From IMG/VR virus record IMGVR_UViG_3300035521_000566: a stretch of 64,000 bases of DNA; one strand, given 5' to 3'. Every line of letters begins with the position of its first letter. The stretch's first letter is position 1. The notes below the pieces were generated by a model, which worked only from the letters and a program-made list of their open reading frames with translations, had not been told where the DNA came from and searched no databases. The position numbers were made by a program, and so were the translations under genes. This document shows positions 46,896 to 56,267 of this stretch, one piece after another. Source of the stretch: a virus (taxonomy: Duplodnaviria; Heunggongvirae; Uroviricota; Caudoviricetes).

Positions 46896-47255
46896 TTAAT
46901 TAAGCACAATTGTATAATAATCATCTGGCTTTAGTTCAAAACGAATCTCGTTATCATCTGCTGTGAACAAAGCTACTGATTTCGATTGTACCACCACACC
47001 CTTACTGTACTCAGAACCATCTCTCGTATACTCAAGTGGTACAAGTCCGATGTTCTTACCAGGTGTAATATACTGATTCCCATGATTGTCCTTGCAACAA
47101 TCCGAAATTTTATCAGAAAAACAAACAGCAAATAAAGGGATTGAGCCACATTTTAAAGCGTCTGTAATTCTTGTCACTTCACCAGGCGTAAATACATGGG
47201 TTATATCACCAAAGTAAAAACCTAATATTGAGGCTAACATATTTCGTTGTATCAT
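46896..47255 (-). CDS. Hypothetical protein
   Basis: 119-aa ORF, co-linear with neighbours. Confidence 0.6.
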   Translation of the reverse strand: MIQRNMLASILGFYFGDITHVFTPGEVTRITDALKCGSIPLFAVCFSDKISDCCKDNHGNQYITPGKNIGLVPLEYTRDGSEYSKGVVVQSKSVALFTADDNEIRFELKPDDYYTIVLN

Positions 47256-47272
47256 ACTTCCTACTACCTCAC

Positions 47273-48400
47273 TTACTCCTTATGCAATTTATCAAAAGCA
47301 GCCTGCATTGTTGGATTATCATTGCAAAGCCGTTTAATATCAAGATTTGACGCTCTATCTCCTGCCAGACGCATCTGCCGCTCTGCTGCCAGAATAGAAT
47401 CTCTTGTCTTTTGCAAACTTACGATTGCCTTATCAATCGTCTCAATTGATTCATTCAAACGCTTACTTGTCTGTTCAGAATTATAGGAAAACTTTGATTT
47501 AAACTCGTCTAAAGACTGTTCAAACTGATGCACATCTAAATCCTGATTCTGCAACACTGCAAGCTGTTTCTTAGACTCTAAAGAGTTTAATGCTGCATTA
47601 CGCAACACAGTAATAATCGGTATGAAAAACTGCGGTCTTACAACATACATCTTAGGATATAGATGCGAAACATCTACAATTCCCTGATTATATAAATCAT
47701 TATCAGACTCAAGCATCGAAACCAAAACTGCATATTCACAACCCTTTTCCCTACGGTCTTTATCAAGCTCCTTGAAAAAGTCACTGTTCTTATGCTTCTT
47801 CTCTGTTGATTCCATTTCGTTTTTCATCTCAAACATAATAGAAACAAACTCAACATCATCTTCATAGTCACGATATATAAAGTCGCCCTTTGAGCCAGTC
47901 TTTGATATTGCATTGTCTTTGTCAAAATAAGCATTTCGAAAAGCTGTCGGTCTGAGCTTATCAAACTCATTCATACAATGCTGTTCCAAAGTCTCGCCTA
48001 CCATTTTGGTACTCATACGAGCTTTCAAATCTTTATAATATTCAACTTCGTTTGTTTTTGCCTGTACTTGCAGCTGTAATTCTGTACATTTTGCATCATA
48101 TTCAGCACGAAGCTCCATTGATAGCTTTTGCATATCAAGCTTATGCTCTTTCTCAACTGTTCTTGCTTCTATTCTGAGTGCGTCAAGTTCAGCAGACACT
48201 TTATGCAATTTTTCCTGTTCTTCAGAAACAGCCTTATTCATTTTTAACTTTGTCTCAGTTTCAGCTAACGCTTTTACTTCATGCAGACGCTTCTCCAGCT
48301 CTCTGTCAAACTCGTTAGTACGAACCTGTGCTAATATTCGAGCACTTTCATCTTCGGACAAATTAAAAATCTGATTACAATGAGGGCACTTAATTTCCAT
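47273..48400 (-). CDS. DUF2130-family coiled-coil protein
   Basis: MEIKCPHC, KMVGETLEQHC, KGDFIYRD, SIMFEMKNE, KDRREKGCEYAVLVSMLE. Confidence 0.85.
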   Translation of the reverse strand: MEIKCPHCNQIFNLSEDESARILAQVRTNEFDRELEKRLHEVKALAETETKLKMNKAVSEEQEKLHKVSAELDALRIEARTVEKEHKLDMQKLSMELRAEYDAKCTELQLQVQAKTNEVEYYKDLKARMSTKMVGETLEQHCMNEFDKLRPTAFRNAYFDKDNAISKTGSKGDFIYRDYEDDVEFVSIMFEMKNEMESTEKKHKNSDFFKELDKDRREKGCEYAVLVSMLESDNDLYNQGIVDVSHLYPKMYVVRPQFFIPIITVLRNAALNSLESKKQLAVLQNQDLDVHQFEQSLDEFKSKFSYNSEQTSKRLNESIETIDKAIVSLQKTRDSILAAERQMRLAGDRASNLDIKRLCNDNPTMQAAFDKLHKE

Positions 48401-48550
48401 AATCGTCACTCTCCTCATCTATATAGTTATTAGCAATGCGTGCAATTAACAAATCGCCAACAATGCATGTTAATTTATAAGACGCTATAAATGATGAGCA
48501 AAATACGAGGAAAGGTATCACAAATTTTGACATATTATTTCACTCCACAA

Positions 48551-48596
48551 AAAATACTCATTTATAAGGAAATAATACCATACAAATGAGTATTTT
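48551..48596. promoter_or_regulatory. 13-bp inverted repeat, putative operator
   Basis: AAAATACTCATTT (48551-48563) / AAATGAGTATTTT (48584-48596); same half-site recurs at 53321, 55474, 61349. Confidence 0.55.
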
Positions 48597-48631
48597 GCAA
48601 GACCTTATTAACTTAAAAGAACCAAAACTGC

Positions 48632-49459
48632 TTAATAATCGTAATTATCACTGCTTTGATACCCGTTATTTGATGTAACAGGAGCAATCGACTGAGCTCT
48701 TGAAACTCTCTGGTCATACGACGCATTATTTTGAGAAGTCTGTCTTACCTGACTCGCAGTTCCCATTATAGGCATTCCCATTTGTGGCATCGCAGCCATA
48801 GCAGGCATCCTGCTTGTGTAGGACTGTTGCTGACACATCGCATTCTGGTAACACATAGCCTGCTGCTTTTCCTGATGAGTTCTTATACGCTGTTGCTGAT
48901 TTCTGTCAGCAAGCTCAGGACTTGTTTTCAAATCCAGCATATAATTAACAGCGTGGTCATACACATCAGCTTCCTCTGGCGTAAAACTAATCTTCTGGTC
49001 TTCGTTCGTACCTTGTCGCTCCATAGCCAGACTTTCTACTGTACGAACAAACCCACGCATATCGTAGTCAGGCGTAAATTTAGGTAATGCACCACTACGA
49101 ATGCATTTTTCAGCGTCAAGTCTTAACTCTGTTTTATGCCGTGGATTATCATACATATTCATAGTCTGAGAAGGAACTGGTCTTATTGGCAGCGTTGATG
49201 ATGTTAATGGTGTTGACGCAGAATAATTATGCACAACACCTGTCTTATCAACCAAGGTGGAACCTTGCATAGCTCCGCTATAATATGCATTTGCTGAATA
49301 CTGAGGTGTTAAACGTGCCATCTGACTTGTATAATAAATCTGACTTGCAGTTGTCCATGTCACAGTATTAGCACTTTGAGTTTCACGCTTCTGCTGAATT
49401 CTCTCAGCTTTCTTCGTGAAGTAATTTGCTAATCTCTCTGTTAAAGTAATCTTGCCCAT
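48632..49459 (-). CDS. Gln-rich hypothetical protein
   Basis: 275-aa ORF, RBS GGAGAGG. Confidence 0.75.
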   Translation of the reverse strand: MGKITLTERLANYFTKKAERIQQKRETQSANTVTWTTASQIYYTSQMARLTPQYSANAYYSGAMQGSTLVDKTGVVHNYSASTPLTSSTLPIRPVPSQTMNMYDNPRHKTELRLDAEKCIRSGALPKFTPDYDMRGFVRTVESLAMERQGTNEDQKISFTPEEADVYDHAVNYMLDLKTSPELADRNQQQRIRTHQEKQQAMCYQNAMCQQQSYTSRMPAMAAMPQMGMPIMGTASQVRQTSQNNASYDQRVSRAQSIAPVTSNNGYQSSDNYDY

Positions 49460-49484
49460 AATTGTAGTACCTCTCCTATCTGAC

Positions 49485-50099
49485 TTATTCTGTAATATCT
49501 AAAGACATATCGTCACTCTTAACATCAAGACTTTCTAACATCTTGTTTGCCTGGCTTGCACGACTCTCGTAATTATCATTTGGAACTTCCACGAAGTCTG
49601 CATCAATAACTACTTCGCTATTTTTAGCAGCCTTAGCGTTTTCAGCAATTGCCATATTATTCTGTATATCGTCAAGTGTTTCTTTCAACATGTCTTTATT
49701 CAGGTCTTTTCTCGCAGCAGCTATTTCGGACGCCGTTACTGCAGTATGCTGAGCATACGCTTTCGCCACTATACCCTTATTAGCCAGCGACTTGCCTTTC
49801 ATATCAGCTGCAACTGCTTTACTGTATTCCATCTTCGCTTTACTTGCAGTTACTTTTGTAGACAAAAACTCTGGCATTGTTCCCACAGCTTTTATGCCAC
49901 TGTTTACAAGATTAGCATAATCTTCGCTTGAATAGTCAGCATAGGCTTTTGCTCCAGCTGCTCCAGTCTTTGCTGTTGCAAGTGCTTCATCAACGCTTGT
50001 ATTTAACATACGTGCTGTCGCTTCTTTACCACGGTCTGAAATCTCAAAATCTGTCATAAGAGTCTGTTTCTCTTTCTTTGGCTTCAATTCTTTTGACAT
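49485..50099 (-). CDS. Ala/Lys-rich hypothetical protein
   Basis: 204-aa ORF. Confidence 0.75.
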   Translation of the reverse strand: MSKELKPKKEKQTLMTDFEISDRGKEATARMLNTSVDEALATAKTGAAGAKAYADYSSEDYANLVNSGIKAVGTMPEFLSTKVTASKAKMEYSKAVAADMKGKSLANKGIVAKAYAQHTAVTASEIAAARKDLNKDMLKETLDDIQNNMAIAENAKAAKNSEVVIDADFVEVPNDNYESRASQANKMLESLDVKSDDMSLDITE

Positions 50100-50119
50100 A
50101 ATAACATACCCCTTTCTGA

Positions 50120-50596
50120 CTATAATTGATAATAGTCGATTTCAACCTTGCCCGTATCTGGTACCAAACTACGCTGCAATGCCATACCGTAACGCAATGA
50201 TTCAACCTCTAACTGCTTGTCGTATTTCATAGAATACTTTGCATATCCGCCTGGGTCTAACTTTTTAAGCATCTGCTCATTGAACTCATATAACGGATAC
50301 CAGTTATCATTCACATTTCTCACAACCTCAGAGCCATCAATCTCATAAGGCTTTGCAAGTCCTGTTCCCTGCAGAAATTCCTCTAAGCCTTCATATCGGT
50401 TAACATCAACAAAACTGCAATTCTTAGGCATCTGTAAATTGAACTTTGCCCAGTTGCCCTGATTATATGTGATTCGCTTCGTAGACTTCATTCCACCTTT
50501 TACCGTACGAGTTTCAATCCGAAGTGCCATCGGGCTCTTCATAAAACTATCCATACGAACTTGATAATCTTCTCCATGATACGCAATTGTCGCCAT
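50120..50596 (-). CDS. DUF4313-like protein
   Basis: CSFVDVN..LEEFL..GLAKP and YPLYEFN...LDP.GY.KY pattern. Confidence 0.6.
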   Translation of the reverse strand: MATIAYHGEDYQVRMDSFMKSPMALRIETRTVKGGMKSTKRITYNQGNWAKFNLQMPKNCSFVDVNRYEGLEEFLQGTGLAKPYEIDGSEVVRNVNDNWYPLYEFNEQMLKKLDPGGYAKYSMKYDKQLEVESLRYGMALQRSLVPDTGKVEIDYYQL

Positions 50597-50626
50597 TCTA
50601 CATAACCCCTTTCTATATCATCATAT

Positions 50627-50995
50627 TTACATTTCAGCTTGATTGTCCAATTCTGGACTATTAACTACATTTTGCATAGATGAAGGTACCCGACGTTCCA
50701 ATTGCAAATCTACTCTTTCAAACCCTACATAATCACGTCCCATATATTGCTTTGGTGATAGTTTTCCAGTTATGTCAGATACCTCACCAGATTTTGATTT
50801 AAAATCTTTAATCGTAACAGGCTCGTCATTTAATAACGCTTTAATCTCATCATCTGTGAAGACATGGTCACCATGATTTGCAGCAACGGTAACCTGTTGT
50901 TCCGTACCATCTGCTTTATACCATGTTCCAGCAAATTTCTTCCTGCCGTGCTTATCTTTTAATCTGTCAAACTTAATTTCATCTTTATTTGCCAT
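50627..50995 (-). CDS. Small protein with a topoisomerase C-terminal-repeat-like segment
   Basis: FTDDEIKALLNDEPVTIKDFKSKSGEVSDITGKL. Confidence 0.55.
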   Translation of the reverse strand: MANKDEIKFDRLKDKHGRKKFAGTWYKADGTEQQVTVAANHGDHVFTDDEIKALLNDEPVTIKDFKSKSGEVSDITGKLSPKQYMGRDYVGFERVDLQLERRVPSSMQNVVNSPELDNQAEM

Positions 50996-51036
50996 ATCAA
51001 CTCACCTCTTTTATTACACTTTCTACACTACTTTAT

Positions 51037-51067
51037 TTATTATATATCCATATATGGAGATTGTCAA
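51037..51067 (-). promoter_or_regulatory. Consensus sigma-A promoter with palindromic operator (copy 1)
   Basis: TTGACA-ATCTCCATATATGGATA-TATAAT; identical 31 bp at 61237-61267. Confidence 0.88.
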
Positions 51068-51128
51068 TATGAGAAAAAGCACTCATTAAATTCAAGATTT
51101 AACAAATGCTTTGTGCATAAGTAATAAA

Positions 51129-51524
51129 TTATCGCTCTAAACGGTTATACATATCCTCTGCATAATAGTCATACATAAATGTTGTACGGCTACAATATCC
51201 CAGATACCTGACTTTATTTAAGTCTATATTAACACCGAGTTCTTTATAAAATGTCTCAACCAGTTCCTTTTCTGAATCGTTTAAGACTCGTATTTTATGA
51301 TAAACCGTTGCAGATGAAGTATGCTGCTCTGCTATCACTATGTCCAAATAAAACCGACTACCGATAATATCCATATCGAATCCAATTTTATTTCTATTCA
51401 ATAAAAAGCATTTGTGCATATATTTAGCAGTCAACCTATTATAAAATTCCCAAGGCTCCATATTACCTATAAGTTCTTCAGTCATCGGAACTCTATATAA
51501 TTCTCGTTCAATGTATTTATCCAT
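51129..51524 (-). CDS. Hypothetical protein
   Basis: 131-aa ORF. Confidence 0.65.
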   Translation of the reverse strand: MDKYIERELYRVPMTEELIGNMEPWEFYNRLTAKYMHKCFLLNRNKIGFDMDIIGSRFYLDIVIAEQHTSSATVYHKIRVLNDSEKELVETFYKELGVNIDLNKVRYLGYCSRTTFMYDYYAEDMYNRLER

Positions 51525-51641
51525 GTCTCGTAACTTCTGTCCTTTCTCTCGTTTTATATAGTGTTTCGTCGGTGATTAACATAAAACAAGTCTGCCTTAC
51601 GACAGACTTGAGGTCACTTAATACCGTTTTATGCTATCAGC

Positions 51642-51980
51642 CTATTTAATCTTTAATGTTGATATAAGCTTAGACTTTTCGATATTTACGCAAATGATTG
51701 CGTTATCAATCTGTGCACTGCAAAGATTTGACTTCGTCTTAAGACCAGAAGCCGTAAGATTGTCAAAGCTGTCTGCAATTGTATCTGAAATCTGAGCAAA
51801 CACATCATCTGTATTAAATGCGTGTGGAACTGTCTGTACTTCGATTCCATAGAGCATCTGACCTGTAATATAAAGAATCACATCCTTTATATCCTGACGA
51901 CTTTGAGTCATATCAATTTCTCTCTCTACCCCAATCTTCGTACCACTAATGTTGTCACACCAAGTAACTGTTAATACCAT
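51642..51980 (-). CDS. Hypothetical protein
   Basis: 112-aa ORF, RBS AAAGGAG. Confidence 0.7.
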   Translation of the reverse strand: MVLTVTWCDNISGTKIGVEREIDMTQSRQDIKDVILYITGQMLYGIEVQTVPHAFNTDDVFAQISDTIADSFDNLTASGLKTKSNLCSAQIDNAIICVNIEKSKLISTLKIK

Positions 51981-52030
51981 GGCAATTCTCCTTTCTCACT
52001 TAAATTATATTGACATTAGCTATTAGCTAA

Positions 52031-52459
52031 TTATGTCCAATCGTCACCATCGTTAATTCTGACATTAGGTCTGTTAATATCATACGGTTCTACCGAGCAT
52101 ATATGTATAAGCTGAAATCCATTCAATCGGTCATTTGCACATGCAGTCACTGACCGCTGACTATCATTAAATTCAAGTTCAAGCGTAGACTCCATATCAC
52201 CTGCTCGTCTCAATGCCTGCTCCTGTCTTGCCTTCAGTTGATGCTCAACTTTCTTGAGCTTAGCATAACATTCATCAGGCGTACGAAATCCGTCTAAACC
52301 TTCTATCAAAGCTACTTTTAATGTTCCTTCATTCATCATACTGGTAACAACCCTGTAACAAATTGTATCTCCAGACGTTTGTACCTTATTTGTACCCATT
52401 TGTGTTCCTGTCCTTTCCGAAACGCAGTCTATTATATATGATACACAGCAACATATCAA
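52031..52459 (-). CDS. Hypothetical protein
   Basis: 142-aa ORF; true start may be internal (MGTNK, behind GAAAGGA). Confidence 0.55.
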   Translation of the reverse strand: MICCCVSYIIDCVSERTGTQMGTNKVQTSGDTICYRVVTSMMNEGTLKVALIEGLDGFRTPDECYAKLKKVEHQLKARQEQALRRAGDMESTLELEFNDSQRSVTACANDRLNGFQLIHICSVEPYDINRPNVRINDGDDWT

Positions 52460-52469
52460 TAGATATTTA

Positions 52470-52694
52470 TTAAAAACGGTGATACCGTTTTCTGCCAGGA
52501 ACCTTTACAGGTTTATCAGACTCACGCTGTGCATCACGCATCTTCTTTTCTAACCGTTCTGCATCTGCTACACGCTCTTTATAAACTTTATCTTTTTCAC
52601 GCTTCTCAGCTGCCTTTAATCTCCCTTCTTGCATTGCTGCAAGATGCTCAGGCGTAATAGTTCGTTTTGTCTTAGACTTTCGTCTCTTTGCCAT
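52470..52694 (-). CDS. Small, highly basic protein
   Basis: MAKRRKSKTKR...; RBS GAGGTG. Confidence 0.7.
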   Translation of the reverse strand: MAKRRKSKTKRTITPEHLAAMQEGRLKAAEKREKDKVYKERVADAERLEKKMRDAQRESDKPVKVPGRKRYHRF

Positions 52695-52933
52695 ACTACT
52701 CACCTCTTCTTATATAAACCGAATGTAATAAAAAAGAGCATGACAGGTAAATACTTCGTCTTAAACCAGTGCCACATTTTCTTACGAAGGGCGATACTCT
52801 TTTCGGTCGTACGGTTTATTTTATCTGTAATACTCATAATTACTCCTTCTCAATTAGCGGACGTACAAAAATTGTGCCCACCTGCAAGTTATACTTACAG
52901 ACGGGCTACAATCTATTGCACCAAAGTAAAACT

Positions 52934-53218
52934 CTACTTATTAACTGCATCCTTAAATGACTTGCCTGGAACGAACTTAGGAACGGTCTTAGCTGGAATA
53001 TCAATTGCCTCGCCTGTAGCTACATTTCTACCCTTACGAGCTTCCTTATGAACTGGCTTGAATGTGCCGAATCCTACGATTGCTACTTCGTTGCCGCCTG
53101 CTACTTCGTCCTTGATTATGTCTAAGACATTACCTAAAAGTCTTGTAGCCTGTGCCTTTGTTACAATGTCACTTCCTGACTTCTCAATCAATGCGTTTAC
53201 TAATTCTGCTTTGTTCAT
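52934..53218 (-). CDS. hup: HU family DNA-binding protein
   Basis: MNKAELV, GFGTF, ARKGRN..TGE.IDIPA..VPKF.PGK.FKDAV. Confidence 0.95.
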   Translation of the reverse strand: MNKAELVNALIEKSGSDIVTKAQATRLLGNVLDIIKDEVAGGNEVAIVGFGTFKPVHKEARKGRNVATGEAIDIPAKTVPKFVPGKSFKDAVNK

Positions 53219-53372
53219 CTTTTTTTTTCTTCTCCTTTGAACATACTGTATTTAAGGCGTTTCAACTCTGCCCCATAAGAGTATTATATACCAATGCTTT
53301 CAGAAATGCAACCCCTTTTTGCTCATTTATGAGATTTTTTTTTTTAAATTCTTATTCTGAAAACAAATTCGG

Positions 53373-53888
53373 TCAATCTAAATCATTGCCATAAAATATA
53401 TCATATATATTTTCTACTTTAATTGACATAAATATAATCGTTGCTACGTGTCCAAATGCAAATATCATTAAATCAAGTATTGGGTCAAAACCCAAATATC
53501 GGAATCCTCTAAACCAAAAAGAGTTTAACAGCTGGCATAAACTGAATCCACAACATAGAAGTGATATTCCAGAAGATACGCCAGTTATAATAAAATTCGA
53601 TGTCAGTCCACCAGCCAACACTCCAACATAACTCAGCCAATCAATAATAAAAAATGCAAATATGAAATCTGTGTATTTACAGGTTTCCCAATACGAATCC
53701 AGCAACGGAAACTTATAATCTACATTAGAAAAGATATGTAAACATTGAGTTTCAAAGTAACCTTCAAAACACCAACGGTCAAGTTTCAACCCTATCACTA
53801 ACAAGCAAAAAATAACTATCCATATCTGCACTATTACAATTATTATATTTTCTGCTTTTGACAACTGTTTCAACTTCATCCTTTTCAT
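53373..53888 (-). CDS. Multi-pass membrane protein
   Basis: About four hydrophobic segments. Confidence 0.7.
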   Translation of the reverse strand: MKRMKLKQLSKAENIIIVIVQIWIVIFCLLVIGLKLDRWCFEGYFETQCLHIFSNVDYKFPLLDSYWETCKYTDFIFAFFIIDWLSYVGVLAGGLTSNFIITGVSSGISLLCCGFSLCQLLNSFWFRGFRYLGFDPILDLMIFAFGHVATIIFMSIKVENIYDIFYGNDLD

Positions 53889-53913
53889 TACTTATAATCC
53901 TCATTCGCTAGTG

Positions 53914-54486
53914 TTACATTTCATTTTCATCAAATCTATAATCAGTTTGTTTGTTAAGAATATCTTCAAGTGCCATCAGTTTTACGATTGACGGACATTT
54001 GAATTTATACTCACGACCATTGTTCATTCCAATAAAAAAATCGTCGTCAGTTTCTTTATAGATGTCATCTACATCATCATACAGCAACATCTTATTTCTG
54101 TCCTGACCGACCTGTATGTAAACTCCGATTTCATCATATAATTTTATCACAGCATCTTGTGGCTTCGATGTTATCTCACCGTTTCTATAAGTCTGAACCG
54201 TACACTTCATCGTCATAAGCAATACTGCATCTGCAGGAATACAGCTTTGCTTTGCTTTCGCTTTTGCCACTTTTTTATCATCCTTGCTGATTGCTCCGCT
54301 CAGTGCTACAACTACAGATATGACTAACACAACAACAGCACTACCAATAATTATAATACCTTCAGGCTTCCTGTCATAATGAATACATAAGCTGCCAAGA
54401 GCACCAGCTACGCCAAATAATAGCAGAATGACTAAAATATAAACCACTCGTAAAGCTTTGCTCATTTTATTCGTCCTCACTTTCAA
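53914..54486 (-). CDS. Membrane protein
   Basis: Two N-terminal TM helices plus a soluble domain. Confidence 0.75.
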   Translation of the reverse strand: MKVRTNKMSKALRVVYILVILLLFGVAGALGSLCIHYDRKPEGIIIIGSAVVVLVISVVVALSGAISKDDKKVAKAKAKQSCIPADAVLLMTMKCTVQTYRNGEITSKPQDAVIKLYDEIGVYIQVGQDRNKMLLYDDVDDIYKETDDDFFIGMNNGREYKFKCPSIVKLMALEDILNKQTDYRFDENEM

Positions 54487-54487
54487 A

Positions 54488-55390
54488 TTATTCGGCTTCT
54501 GTAGTTGTGTCTGTCTTGTCTACACTATTATCAGCTTCTGTAGTATCTTCAGACTCTTCACTTGTTGATTCGGTATCTGTTTCAGAATAACCGCCATCAA
54601 CATTGATATAGCCTGAACTGTCTCCATCTGGTGTCTGCCAAATAACCGTATAACCACCGTCAATCTTATCTGTATACGCTAAAACCTGAATAGCGTCGCC
54701 AACATGAATCTCAGTATTGGCTAAAGTATCAAGCCATTCATCATCACCAGAGTTTGTAAGCTTATACTTGTAGTCAAAAGTTGTGAAACTGCCATCAGCA
54801 AGATAAACCTGAGGCATATCTGACCAGTCTAGCAGTTTGCTTGTAACTTCAAACTCAGTCAAAATATAGCTCTTATTTTTTCCAATAGCATAGTCATAAT
54901 TATCATTATTGCCTATGTAATAGACAGAGCCAGTAGAAAAATTATCTTCAAACGCCTGGTTAACCTCTGCATTGCTCTTTGCGTCAATATAAAATAGAAT
55001 ATTGACAGCATCAGTGGTATTACCTTTGTCTACAATATTTTTAGCAGCTTCTTTGTATTCATCTGGAATACTCACTGCTTCTTCTTCTTCTTTCTCAGCA
55101 AGAGCAATTCTGTCTTCGATAGCATTTTCTTCAGAAATAAGTTTGATTGCTGCATACCCGACAGACGCTACAGCTAAGATTCCAACTGTTAATGCAGCAT
55201 AAATGCTGACCTTCTTAAGCTTCGCTCTCTTTGGGGATATAGGCTTTTTGATTTTATCAAATGCACCATCATCTGTCTTTTCTTTTGATTTATCCGTCTC
55301 AGTAACCTTAACTCCATCATTTGTTTCTGATAATACGGTGTTATTTGTCGTCTCATTATCAAGTTCTTTGCCAAATACCTTTTTACTCAT
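54488..55390 (-). CDS. Single-pass membrane protein with acidic Thr/Glu tail
   Basis: TM helix after a basic stretch; DTESTSEESEDTTE tail. Confidence 0.75.
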   Translation of the reverse strand: MSKKVFGKELDNETTNNTVLSETNDGVKVTETDKSKEKTDDGAFDKIKKPISPKRAKLKKVSIYAALTVGILAVASVGYAAIKLISEENAIEDRIALAEKEEEEAVSIPDEYKEAAKNIVDKGNTTDAVNILFYIDAKSNAEVNQAFEDNFSTGSVYYIGNNDNYDYAIGKNKSYILTEFEVTSKLLDWSDMPQVYLADGSFTTFDYKYKLTNSGDDEWLDTLANTEIHVGDAIQVLAYTDKIDGGYTVIWQTPDGDSSGYINVDGGYSETDTESTSEESEDTTEADNSVDKTDTTTEAE

Positions 55391-55509
55391 AATTTTTATT
55401 CATCCTTTCAAAAGCATTGATATTGTTGCTTCTCAGCACATTCATATTATATCACGGCATAAAATAAAAATCAACTCATTTATGAGTATTTTTATTTTTT
55501 TTTCTTGAG

Positions 55510-55566
55510 AAAAAATTAGTGCTACCTCTGAAAACACCGAATATCAGGGTTTTTCAGAGGTAGCAC
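55510..55566 (-). terminator. Long 16-bp perfect inverted repeat, terminator-like on the - strand
   Basis: GTGCTACCTCTGAAAA (55519-55534) / TTTTCAGAGGTAGCAC (55551-55566), followed by AATTTTTT on - strand. Confidence 0.6.
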
Positions 55567-55629
55567 ACAGCAAAATGGATATTCAGACGTGTGTCCGAAT
55601 GTCCTTCATAGTCTTATGCAGCTAAATTT

Positions 55630-55968
55630 CTATTCCTCATCTTCAACTACAGCTTCTGTCTTCACATCCACTGGAATGTCGTCACGCAATCTACGATTTA
55701 AAGCATCAGACGCAGAGAATTTGAGTAACTTATAATCATGAACAGCCGAATCTGATGATTCAAACTGTACAGGATGACCTTTATGATGTTGAAGATAAAA
55801 ATTGCCAAAGCCTGTCAGACTAATATAATGTTCTGTCTGAACTGACTCCACAATAGCATCAACGATTGCACCATACACCTTGCTAACAGTATTTATGTCA
55901 TATCCACTTCTGTTTGCTACCTGTTGCAATAGCATCTTTCTTGTTATCTTATTTTGTTGTTTAATCAT
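55630..55968 (-). CDS. Second, divergent HU/IHF-like protein
   Basis: TRKMLLQQVA, ISLTGFGNF, KFSASDALNRRL. Confidence 0.8.
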   Translation of the reverse strand: MIKQQNKITRKMLLQQVANRSGYDINTVSKVYGAIVDAIVESVQTEHYISLTGFGNFYLQHHKGHPVQFESSDSAVHDYKLLKFSASDALNRRLRDDIPVDVKTEAVVEDEE

Positions 55969-56031
55969 AATATTACCTTCCTTTATACATTTGCCCCTTG
56001 TATAAAATCTTGTAAAATCTACTCATATATA

Positions 56032-56060
56032 AGTATATAATAATTTTCACTATATGTCAA
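56032..56060 (-). promoter_or_regulatory. Sigma-A promoter for the HU-like operon
   Basis: TTGACA-17 bp-TATACT on the - strand. Confidence 0.55.
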
Positions 56061-56267
56061 ATGGTTTATTCTGGAAACCCTGATTTATCTGACTTTTCTA
56101 CAGATTTAATAAAAATAAGCAAAGAAAAAGAGCAATTATAATAAATTGCTCTATTCCTACCCTAATTAAATAAAACGAAAGGGTTCAAAGTATATAAATA
56201 GTTTTTGCCCCAACTGCATTATATAATAAATATTACCAAAATACAAATGATTATAGCTTTAAATTAT

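Noticed and set aside
52769-52960. 63-aa ORF after hup as a gene
   Set aside because: It overlaps the hup end by 27 nt, has no clear RBS and no motif; not supported.
33073-53345. Long T/A homopolymers as phase-variation switches
   Set aside because: Most are intergenic or terminator tails and may be read artefacts; no coding consequence is evident.
55519-55566. 16-bp inverted repeat as oriT or dif/att site
   Set aside because: It is followed by a U tract on the - strand downstream of a gene, so a terminator explains it; no relaxase or dif consensus is evident.
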